NCBI GenBank assembly: GCA_051362555.1
Contig: CM120640.1
Location: forward strand, 31,329,967-31,393,966
Length of the DNA: 64,000 nucleotides
Reading direction: 5' to 3'
DNA from: Lingula anatina
Lineage: Eukaryota > Animalia > Brachiopoda
In this document: in pieces, positions 53,401-64,000 of the stretch
Layout: every line of letters starts with the position of its first letter
Position numbering within the stretch: the stretch's first letter is position 1
Program-made: the position numbers and the translations under genes
The notes under the pieces: model-generated
Told to the model about the DNA's origin: nothing
What the model saw: only the letters and a program-made list of their open reading frames with translations
The model's database searches: none

Positions 53401-54661
53401 ATGTAGCATTTGCAAAATTATTTTAAAACTATCAGAAATAGCACTTCATAATTACCGTCGATTTTCTTTTCATATTCGAGGACTCAGCAGTATAAACTAA
53501 GTCACCAAAGCAAGTCAAAATTATACAAATACATGATACATGAAATGTGCACGTCAGTCAAATTTTCTTTCTTGTGAAATGGCAACTTGACAAAATTGTC
53601 ACGCAACGTTATCATCAAATACTGAGGTGGAAAGATAGATTAGACATCGTTTTATCAAATTTATTTTATCTAGATTTGCTTACACTAATTGCCGAGTTGA
53701 CGTGCACCCCGAGTTCCATGTAAAAATGTTGATTGCTTTCTTACATGACAGTAACTGCCAGCACGCCACAGAATTCATTCAAGAGTGGTCGGTGTAACGA
53801 GCAAGACGAGACCGCTCCCAGACTCCGGGTCCAAGTATTATTTCCCCGAAGAAACAATGTCAGAAGAACAAAACACCCCAAAAAGGATATCGCTAACTTG
53901 GCAGGGCATTTTAATAAAATCTGTTGATACATGATTTACGAACACATGGCCTTCTGATTAGTAAGATAATAACCAGATATATTTTTCCATTTTTTCATTA
54001 TGGCCATTTAGTGAACCAGCTAATCCAATCAGCGGATATACTGACGGCGTTCACTGCAAAAAGACCATTATGCATTCGACAAAATTTTGAGTTTAGAACC
54101 CTCCTTAGATCCTTGGTTGAATTTAATAATTTTTCTCAAATGATGTTTTAATGTTTTATGCTGTGACAAATTCAATGACCATTTTAAAAAACTAGACAGC
54201 AAAGTGGCAAATATACAGACACCAACCAGCAAAAATACTGAAGCAATATTCACAAAGAAGGCATGTATTAAACAAATAAATTCTAGAAAACAGATTCAGT
54301 GACTTCTAGATAAGATAAAATTCTATCATGCCACAGCCCTTTGAAATGTTTTTAGTAACAGAAACTAGCATTTTAATGCACACACATGTCATAAAAATGG
54401 CACAAATAATACATAATTATGTAGAAAAATATCTCGGCTGTAACATAGAGCAGATGTGTTTATAGAGAGCCTTCAATTGAGAATACTGGAAAATTTGTTG
54501 TTCAAATACAATTGTTTGAGTATAAAAACTATTGTAAGCCTTTTGGACAATTATAGCTTCCTATAATGAAGAATGTACTAAAACTAACAAACTTCCTCTT
54601 TAAAATATATCTGAAGGCAAAATATTACTTTGCAGACAGTGAAAATAGACATGTACACAAA

Positions 54662-54679
54662 TTTATTGTACGTTTTATT
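54662..54679 (-). terminator. Candidate polyadenylation signals of NOA1
   Basis: Two TTTATT (AATAAA on - strand) at 54662 and 54674, ~1 kb past the NOA1 stop. Confidence 0.45.
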
Positions 54680-55662
54680 TGTTGTAATATACCAGCATCT
54701 ATAGGGGAAAAGGAAATAATAAGGCATCATTGATTAAAAGAGATTAGACTAAGTTCCATAACAATATAGCAAAGGATGTGCAATATTGGTATTTTGTCCT
54801 CCTGGTCAATGGAACACTGCTGGCAACAGAATGATAATTGCTTTTTTATGTATTTTGTGCATTCACGACACCATCCACCAGACTGAAATTGACATCGACT
54901 TCATCAAAATCTGTACATTTGTGATAAGTCTATCAAATGGCACACATACTAACAAGTACAGGCCTCAGGCATGTTGGATGTTTTAATGTCAAATAAGATC
55001 CTTTATCACTCTTATTGTCTTCAAGTTAGAACCTAGCCTGATAAAGCAGTCATATGTGCACCAAAAGTAAAAGATAACAACCAGCATCCATCCATAGTAA
55101 GTAAGAGTGCAAGTCATTATCCCTGTTATCATTAATCACGCACACACCATGGATAGCTTTAACAATATTACCCCTCAAGTTGATAAGGCCGTAACACATA
55201 CTTGTGAATACTAATTGACTTCACAGTTAATTAAGGCCTACACATCATTTACTGCACTGAGCTTCCAAAGCTGTCATAAGTGGCGTCAAACAGAGACTTT
55301 GGCAATGGCTTAACAGACGGTCATGACTGTGAGAGAGCTCACTCCATGGTTAAAGAGAAATTTGACAATATTTAGTACATATTTCCAGATGCTGTAATAT
55401 AGATATGGCAACAAGCATACTAAATGATAAAAAAGACATCTGATATAAACTTTGAAATCGATCTCATTTTTTTCACTTGACTCAACTTCTGGAGTTGATT
55501 TCAGCAACCTTTTAACTAAACAGTGACTAAAAAGTTTTTGCAGCAACAAAAAGTGTCTTCCTTCACTGTGGTTACAAGGGCAGATTTTTGTAATGGTATA
55601 TGTTCAAAATGGAGTGCTTGTGTGCATGACTCCGATCTTAAAACCACCTTATTAAACCAAAA

Positions 55663-55838
55663 TTATATCCAGGGCAACATCTTCTTTAGCTTGTAGGTAG
55701 ATTTGTGGCTAATACGTCTTCCACGGTTGTTAACAGCAAATTTGAGGAGCGGTTTTCTAACGATGCAGCCCAAACCTCCCGGTGTATATGCCCTCAGTTT
55801 CACTGGCATATATGGACCAGCTGTCACTGCAACCCAAC
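55663..55838 (-). CDS. NOA1: Nitric oxide-associated protein 1 (mitochondrial circularly permuted GTPase), terminal coding exon
   Basis: Minus-strand acceptor cttatttttcatttcag then (G)WVAVTAGPYMPVKLRAYTPGGLGCIVRKPLLKFAVNNRGRRISHKSTYKLKKMLPWI*, matching the remembered NOA1 C-terminus GWVSVT..LRGYTP.G..VRPPLLPYIVNIKGQRI..AYK. Confidence 0.88.
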
Positions 55839-56159
55839 CTGAAATGAAAAATAAGTGCTTTATCATTGGGAAAGCAATCACTCCATCATTTCCTACAGAC
55901 CTATTACAACAATGCTTAGTTTGATAAGTTGATATCAACACTGATATTCTTCTGATATTTCACACACAAAAAAAAGTGATTAGGTACCAATTTGTGTCTC
56001 TTTTACATCAATTACAAAAAGATAGTAGACTATACTTGGTACTAAAACCTAAGTATGTAGGAAGGAACCATGTGAGTTAGTTATATTATATTATATTTAT
56101 TTTGTTCTCACTGTAGAAATAAGTACTGCTTATTATTTTTTTTTAATATTTTGGTCTTT

Positions 56160-56162
<3 letters not shown>

Positions 56163-56221
<59 letters not shown>
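56163..56221. repeat. (TA)n microsatellite
   Basis: direct reading. Confidence 0.97.
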
Positions 56222-56224
<3 letters not shown>

Positions 56225-56914
56225 GAAAACTGAACATTTCTTCATTTCTAACCTTTTTTACCATTATCCTTAAAATATGATGCAGACATACATGAAGTTT
56301 ATTTATATCTCCACATCTATATATAAAAGTGGATCTGGCATTTCTTTGTGAGTGTCCAAGAAATCCAAATTAATAAAGGATCAAAATTGATTATCCTATA
56401 GCCAAATCAGACACCTTTCACAAGGAATCTATGAGCACCTTACATCACCTTTTCAGTCTTAAAACCACATCCCAAGTCCAAATTGTAATTGTGTTTACAC
56501 AGACTTTTAACTCCCAAAGTTGACTATAACCTAGATGTGTCAACTATATTCAGCATAGGCTAATTGACTGTCATCACAAAGTTGACTTCAAACAGTTTTT
56601 TAATCAAGTCTTAGCTAGGGTTCCAAAAATAACATCATACAAGTGAAATGCAATCATCAACATATATAAATTTAGGAAAAATTGTCCAATAAAGCTGCTT
56701 TTTGAACTTGAGGCACACACTGTTTGTACCAAAAAACACTTATGTAAAATCAATAATTTCAAAGAAACACATTCAATAGCATCACGGCATAATAGATGGT
56801 GAAAAGGTTTTAAAATTCATTTTTAAAATTCAAAGATTTCCACCTAAGCCATACAGTGTCTGTATATTTAAAGCCTTCAGTAACTGTGTTTAGGTAATCT
56901 ATGCCATCACTTTG

Positions 56915-58200
56915 AAAAAAATCTTTTTGGTTTGAGAGAGATGATATAGCATCAACATTCATATTTACCCCAAGGAAAAAAATGCTCTCTTTACCTCTTC
57001 AAGTTTACTGAAGAAAAAAATTCTTTGAGTCTTTCACTGAATATTGCTAATCAAATTTGGGTATTTGGAAAGTGACCCAAGATTGAACCATGATGTTACG
57101 TAAGTTTATAAAGCAAAAAAAAAAAAAAAAAAAAAAGCATTCCCCATAGGCCTGCACTCTCTCAATTGTTTTTCCCTTGTCTGCTGTAGAAAATGAATGA
57201 AAATAAATAACCTGCCCACATCAAGGGTTTAACTGTCCTATGGAAAGCCCAATCAATGACATCAAGGGCAATGACTTAGAAAGGAAAGTCACTTCATCTT
57301 GTTTGTCACAACATATATGTGGAGGACAGGCATTAAAAGGAGTCTTGGTTGTAATAACATCATCAAATGCTGTGACCTTTTTTCAAATTGAATTTAAATA
57401 ACTGTTTTAAATACATCTCTGTAATGTCAAATATTAAAGATTAATTCTAATAAAGCAAATAATGTTCAAAGTACTTGTTTGTTATTAGCAGCTGGTTATG
57501 GTTCAATTCGTAGAAGACTGACAGATGACAAAATTATCTACAATAGTCTCTCTGTAATTCATGCCTCATAAATGGATTAGGTGTTTACTAACACTACCTG
57601 CAGATCTTTTTTTGGCATTAACACCCATATTAACCACAACACACCGTACAATTATTTAGCACCAACAAAGTGATACCTAGCACTAACATTCATCTGCTCT
57701 GGTAATGCTGGTTAATTTGTGGGTTTTGTGGTTAATATGGGTGTTAGTGCTAAAAGATCTGCGGGCAGTGTTAGTTACACCTAATCCAAAGAAAATCTTC
57801 GGGTGTGAGAAAGAAGATATAGCATCAAAATTCATACAGTACTCTCAAGGATAAAAATGCTCCCTTTACCTTACCTCTTCAAGCAAACTGACAAAAAATA
57901 TTCTTTGGATTTATTTCTAAATATCAATAGTCAGATCTTGGTGTTTGAAAATTGAATTAAGGTATTAAGTTAAAACTGAGTTTATAAAAGAAAACAGCAT
58001 TTCGAGCACTTTTTAATCATTTTTCCATTGGGTGTTGCAAGAAATGATTGCAGCAAATGAGACTTTATGAATAACCTGCCTATACTGTCCTATTCTGTTT
58101 AAGAAAAAATATACCATTTTCAACTGTCCAATGGAAAACCAAAGCAATTACATCAAGGACAATTACTTGGAAGGGGAAGTCACTTCATCTTGTATGACAG
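56915..58200 (+). repeat. Old local direct duplication of ~400 bp (56915-57310 vs 57790-58200)
   Basis: Collinear shared blocks GATATAGCATCAA.ATTCATA, AAAAATGCTC.CTTTACC, AATAACCTGCC, AACTGTCC.ATGGAAA, AAGTCACTTCATCTTGT. Confidence 0.85.
57573..57788. mobile_element. MITE / foldback with ~70-bp inverted arms
   Basis: TGGATTAGGTGT...AACACCCATATTAACCACAA pairs with TTGTGGTTAATATGGGTGTT...ACACCTAATCCA. Confidence 0.8.
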
Positions 58201-59077
58201 AATGATATCTGATGATGTTTTCTTATTTGAAGCACAGATGATATGAATCTTTTAGACTAGTACAGACACATATCTATGGCACAAAAGGAGCAATATAATG
58301 CTATGGGTATTTCTATTAAACTGTCCACATTGTACCAGACAATCAGTGTGCTGCTCTGTGTTACAGACATTAGCATTTGGTCAGTCCTACCTAAATTATA
58401 TCTAAGTGAAACTTGCATCTTAAGTCACGACTTGGATAGATTTTCACTGAATAACCCCAATAGTAACTAACTGTATTGATTTAGCCATGAAAAGATTGCT
58501 GCAGCTCTGCCAAGGGATTGCCCTTAATAGTTTCTATCTTTCTAATCAGTTTATTTCTAAACTTTTCCTACAGGGTAATTTAGGATGCACACATTAGAAT
58601 GGGAATGTTGGTTACATCAGCTATGAAGTGCTGCAAATTGCAACAACCATAATTACTTCTTGGGCTAATAAAACATTTGTCCAAGATCAGATGAAAGGAG
58701 TTAGAAAATTATATTCAATATGCTTTACACATCAAAGGTCTCGTACTTTCAATTATGTTTAAGATCAGTGATTTTGGTTTAATATTTTTGTATGACAAAG
58801 TGTAAAGGCAAAACCTATCAAACTGGTGCTGATTGTCTACAAAATACTTGCAAGATTTTGGAAACATTGATTGAATTATTCATAAAATATTTAGACACAT
58901 TAAAGGCACAGAACATGAGTATGACCTCTATAAAGCAAACATTGGATTTGACTTGGATATTTCAACATTTTTCCTGAATCACCAAAGTACACCAAATCCT
59001 AAATCATTCACAAAATTACAGTCTCTTAAACCATAATGAGTTTAAAAAAAGCAGTTTCTGAGTAACTGCTGTAATTT

Positions 59078-59260
59078 ACTTTTCCACAGATAATGACGCG
59101 CATGTGCAGTTAACTCATTTCTGTGGGTCGGGTTCATGCCTATTTAGGATGACATGCATGTGTGGTTAACCCATTTCCACTGGTCATGTGTGACTGCACG
59201 TGTCACTAAGCCACGACAAGTCGAAATGGGTTAACTGCACATCATTATCTGTAGAAAGGT
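59078..59260. mobile_element. MITE with internal repeat of the TIR motif
   Basis: ACTTTTCCACAGATAATGA...TGTGCAGTTAACTCATTTC vs GAAATGGGTTAACTGCACATCATTATCTGTAGAAAGGT. Confidence 0.75.
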
Positions 59261-59799
59261 GTATGATAGAGACAGGTAAATTTCACTTCTGACAATAAAA
59301 ACAAGTCAACAAAGCAAAGTTATAAAACTTTGATGTATCAAAAAGTATATGGTGAAATAGTGACTATTATTCTGTAAATTTAGGGAAATTAAATGCTTCA
59401 TAAAATAAATGCAAGGAGCTGTTTTCACTTCTGTATTTGGGTTCTTGAGATATGAGCATATTCCAGGTTGTCAATTGCTTGAGTGCTAGGAATCACTTCA
59501 GTAAGTCTGAGGAAAATAATTTTCTAGATTTTTACATTGCATTGAGAAAGCTTCAATGCTGCAAATATTAACAGAAATTTATGAGCTCAAAAAAAGAATA
59601 ATGGAATACTTTTAGTACTTGAAACTGTCTTAAAGTTTTTTTTATATCTGTATATACTGCAAAGCTATTTATTATCAGTACTCAGACCTTAAATGATAAA
59701 GCCACTGAAAAAAGTATCCAATGTCCATTTCCTTCTAACTGTACAGGAAGGCATGATGGTCTAAGTGTTTTATGAGAAACATTAAAGAATCATTTAATT

Positions 59800-60053
59800 A
59801 ACGAGAGCGCAGACCTCCGCCAAGGCAGCAAAGTCTCCACCCAATGCCGTTTCACCCCTAAATTTTCATTCTATAATGATTTAGTTTTTTGATTTTTGAT
59901 TGATTACTAATCATCTGTTCCTTGATCCACTTTTGACAGTTCCTGAAAATTTCATCAAAATCGGTCCATAACTTTTTGAGTTATGTTGATGACAGACAGA
60001 CAGACAGACAAACAAACAAACAGGGGTGAAAACATAACCTCCTTGGCGGAGTA
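59800..60053 (+). mobile_element. Helentron-associated (HINE/DINE-like) non-autonomous element
   Basis: Subterminal IR CTCCGCCAAGG (59815-59825) / CCTTGGCGGAG (60041-60051), (ACAG)n(ACAA)n near the 3' end, no TSD. Confidence 0.78.
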
Positions 60054-61194
60054 TGAAACATCAAATCAAAGTGCAGGGATGGGTCAGTCATGCAGAAACA
60101 GGAGAAAATCTCTTTTGGTAGGAAAACCTGGTTTTCAACACTGACCTGCATTTGGGTATTATGAATCAGTCCACTAAGTTACACTGAAATAAATATTTTT
60201 GTCTTGCTTTTGCATTTTCTGTTCTAAAGATTGTATAGGTAAAATGTGTAAAAAGTAAAATCTACTAACTTACGGAAGTGGTAAAAGGGTTCAACAAGGC
60301 TAACATTCTAAATTGTTCTGGTGACAGAGGATAATAAAAAAGGCATAAGATGCTTTAAGTGAATTCCAAGATGAATTTTCCTGTAGTTGTCACATGCTGT
60401 AGATGTTTTGTGCTTGTTTGTCCATTGGAAACAATCAGAACTATGTAGTCGCCCTTTGGATTTCTAATGGTAGAGAGATGACTTGTCTGGCCAAATCATG
60501 CTAGGAAGGATCACTGGTACTGTCAACTAGGAAAGGAGGCTGCTTCCTGGACACTTTTTGCATTATCCCCCTTCCCTACCTGTGCAGCTGCTGCTTTCTT
60601 TTTGGTTTGGCAGATTCCTTCTTTTGTGTAAAGATACCACTTTCCTCTGATGCAATTTGTTCCCATGCATTGATGTTTCTCTGGAAACTGGATTTTAATA
60701 TATTGTTTATGTCTGTTCCTCATAGGACATAGGACACTGACCAAAGCTCAATTCTTGCTGGCTGTTGTCTTATTGGCTAACCAGAGCTGATTATACATGT
60801 TTCTTTTTGCTGTGCTGCTGGATGATTTTGCAGACAAGATCTGGAGCTATTTCAAAGCAAAGTCCATTTGCTTGTCTCTCACCGGCATTTACGCATCAAC
60901 ACAACTTTCCAAGTTCCATATTATTATAAGACGACACATTTTTCACCTTTCAAATCTTCTGGACTATATTTAACATGCAATTGCAAGCCCCAGTGACTGG
61001 GACATAAATGTACATGTGGCCTTTTGTTTCACATTGACCAATAAAAGATTAACAATGTAATATCACTATGTATACTCAGTATATATATTTGTTGGTTACC
61101 TTAAAATTATTCAGTATCTTTTTAGTGGATGGTCACTTAAGATAAATATGTATAACATGCTAGTGATGAGCTATAGCTTCAATAGCTTCAAATT

Positions 61195-62280
61195 GGTGAA
61201 TTATGCCTTAATACCTGCATTTCAAAATTGTGACCAGCGGCCATCTTGGATTTGAGGATCAAAATGGCTACCAATTGTCTCCAAAGCACCAAGTACATGT
61301 TCTTTACCTTTAATTAAGCCATTTTGGTCTTTTACATTTGTTTCAAGGTCTTTAAGATGTTATGAAACATTTTGCACTAATTAGACTACATGACGAATGT
61401 GACAACTTAAGCCTACATGTATATTGATTTTGGAGACTTAAGATAGTTTGTACTGATACTTTATGAAACAGATTATATTAAAAATGTATTCTGCACCAGA
61501 AAATAATATTAAATGGTGCATAGCTCATTTACAAAGATGTAATACATATAGTTTCAAAATGGCGAATTATGCCCAATTTCAAAATGATTTCTGGTGGCCA
61601 TCTTGGATTTGAGGGATAAAATGGCCACCAATGGCCTCCATAATGGTAAAAATGAGTTTCTTGCTCATAGTTTAGTCCAATATGATGGTATATAACAAAA
61701 AATTGTATTGAGATATATTTCAATATGGGTCATCAATATCCATGGTTTTGCAGCGTTCATACACATACCCGGTATATATCTTGGTAGTCACTTACAACAT
61801 CCTCTTTGTCCCTTCAAATCACCTTCTATCACTAAAACAATATCAAAAATGACCTTTGCACCCCCAAAATAGTAGGAATCTACATATATCACATATATAC
61901 AGTATGTAGGTCAAATGTTTCAAAAATCAACATAAAATAGCAAATTATGCCCACTTTCAAAATAGCGGGATGACAGCCATCTTGGATTTGAGGCACAAAA
62001 TGGCCGCCAATTGCTTCCATCAAAAATGGGTTCCTTGTCCTTAATTTAGTCAGGTTTGGTAATCTAGAAATGTTTTTAGGCCAAAAATTGATGGAAATAT
62101 GGAATATTGTTTATTTTGGTAACTAATTTGCATAATTTATGCTAATTTATCCATTGATAGAGAGTGTCTCTATAGATAAAAAAATTATTTTGGCCGAAGG
62201 AACATTCATGCCAAGTTAGACATTTGCACTACGAAATGCAGCTTTTCGCCAATTTTTGGTCCTTAACAAGCCTACTTAAC
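61195..62280. mobile_element. Probable non-autonomous DNA transposon remnant with three internal ~85-bp repeats
   Basis: AATTATGCC..TTTCAAAAT..GCCATCTTGGATTTGAGG..AAAATGGC..CCAAT repeated with cores at 61240, 61597, 61976; boundaries approximate. Confidence 0.55.
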
Positions 62281-64000
62281 AAGGTATAAGTGAGAGCTGT
62301 AGCATGTGGGATTTACAAACTGCACGTTGATGTTAGTAAGTTTGAGGAAAATAAGTCCATAATAATTATTGCATTAACAGCAAAGAGTGCACACCAACAG
62401 GTGGTGGCTTTACGAACAGACATATTGTGTCTGTACATAAAAACAAATTATAGTTTCAACAAACCAATCAGTATAACACATTTCAAGAATGAGTTCACTA
62501 ATGCATCAGAAGTACGTCTACACAAGTGATGAGCTTCTGATTACAGAGATCAGAAAGCAAGCCATTCCAAAGTAGTCTCCAAAATTATGTCAACATCAAA
62601 AGCTATATCAAATACCATGGTTAAGCAATGAAAGGCATGACAAGTGCCTTGGATCAAAGTGTGAAAATGGATCAATATTCTGAGTAGGTATCAAGTATTC
62701 TGAGTGAATACCGGTGTAGAATACAGGAAATGTGCCCAGGTTTTTTTTTGTTAAAGTTTTAACCAAAGGGCTGACATTTTATCTCATCTTGATGATGAAG
62801 ACACTTAATATTATAAAACTATGGCCATTAGGCAAAGCTTCCTCAAGGGAGCTCTCTACTATAAAATGAATCAAGGTACATGTACAAGATAGTGTACCGG
62901 ATGCTTTACTTTTATGTATCTTGCCCGCATGATTTGTAAGTATTTTCTAGTTTAGTTTCATAAGTCATATAGGTTTAAATAAGGTGAAAAAATGTTTTTC
63001 TGTTTTTACATGTAGGTAGATAACTAAAAAAGTGGATGGTGACATTAGCTCTTAGGTAATTTTATAAAAAAACTGTTGACAAATTGATTTTCTATTAAAA
63101 AAATACCAGCATCACTTTTAACAAAGGTGTCTTTTTAATACTAAAGGTTAATGAGCACTTAAATTATGTTTCAGTTCAAAGTTCAAACACACAAATTATT
63201 GTCAGAAAAGAAATATCACTTATTACATCAAGATTAAGCATGTTGCTTGTTTCAAGCCAAAGCATTAAATCTTAATGATCTCTTTCCAAAAGCAATCAAA
63301 CTTCACTGAACCTAAGAAATTGAATGCTGTGGCTTCTTACAGATGAACTTTGCATAAATAAAATAAAACCTTATTATTATTATTATTAAAATTGTAAACA
63401 ATAATTTTTTAAAATAATGTAAAAACAGAAGGAATAATCAAATCATGTCATTTTTAAAAGTTGATCCAACTTTCAGGCTTTTTGAGTTTAAAAATGTAAA
63501 TAAACAAATTTAAATAGGTGTAAAATTAAATTTGCACGTTACTGAAGGCATGCCATTCCAGAAACACTTTTATAGTTGTACTTCTGAATAAATCATAGCT
63601 TTAGATACTGACCATTCCCAAGCTAGTCTACAAAAATAAAATAAAAGTACGAAACCCGTTTTATGAAAATATCTTATTTAAACATACATTAAAAAAACAT
63701 AGCAATAGTTGAACTGGAAGATCTTTTTCATATCATGTGCCCACTTTACTGTGAGCCATCCTATTTTCATGGGCCTTTAATTTTGGCCAGTTTCGACAAT
63801 TGGTGCAAAGTTACCATCTAGGATTTGTTCTCATTAGAGCATTATTTGTTTTCATTAACATACTACATCACGAATATCTTAGAGACCAAACAAGTTATCA
63901 GTATGTTTCTTTCATATGATGAAAATGTTTACCCACTGGATTAATAACAAAATCATATTAATTTTGCTTTAGATATCAATTTTTTCAGAGCAGCCAATTT

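Noticed and set aside
57595-57610. Minus-strand TCT GCA G|GTAG as the donor of the preceding NOA1 exon
   Set aside because: Lies within a MITE arm and the upstream codons do not resemble NOA1
60700-61000. Possible RTE-like LINE 3' remnant on the minus strand (LVSVLCPMR, RQA.D)
   Set aside because: Too degenerate to support without a search; the 60523-60744 ORF does not resemble NOA1
1-64000. CRISPR arrays, operons or prokaryotic defence systems
   Set aside because: Sequence is eukaryotic with spliceosomal introns; no regularly spaced repeat-spacer array seen

Overview
AT-rich, intron-containing animal (invertebrate bilaterian-type) genomic DNA; most entries in the supplied ORF track are spurious. 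Three spliced genes were reconstructed by hand from GT-AG sites and frame continuity: (1) the 3' 15 coding exons of NOC3L (nucleolar complex protein 3; + strand, 265-21616, 5' part upstream of the window); (2) a complete 8-coding-exon, 270-aa secreted two-Ig-domain protein of the Imp-L2/ZIG-2/3/4 insulin-binding family (+ strand, 41435-49463) with a TATA/CCAAT/E-box promoter near 40.2 kb and a possible distal in-frame alternative start exon at 29.4 kb; (3) the terminal coding exon of NOA1 (mitochondrial GTPase; - strand, 55663-55838, rest of the gene beyond the window). The window shows a mosaic CpG pattern (depleted over NOC3L and NOA1, retained across the Imp-L2-like domain), a TAGGCCTA palindrome concentrated in the CpG-retaining domain, a 2-kb TTAA-flanked Kolobok-like insertion, several MITEs/foldbacks, Helentron-like elements, LINE remnants, a 92-bp near-perfect dispersed duplication and many microsatellites. 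No tRNA, rRNA or CRISPR array was recognised. Family assignments come from remembered motifs, not database searches.
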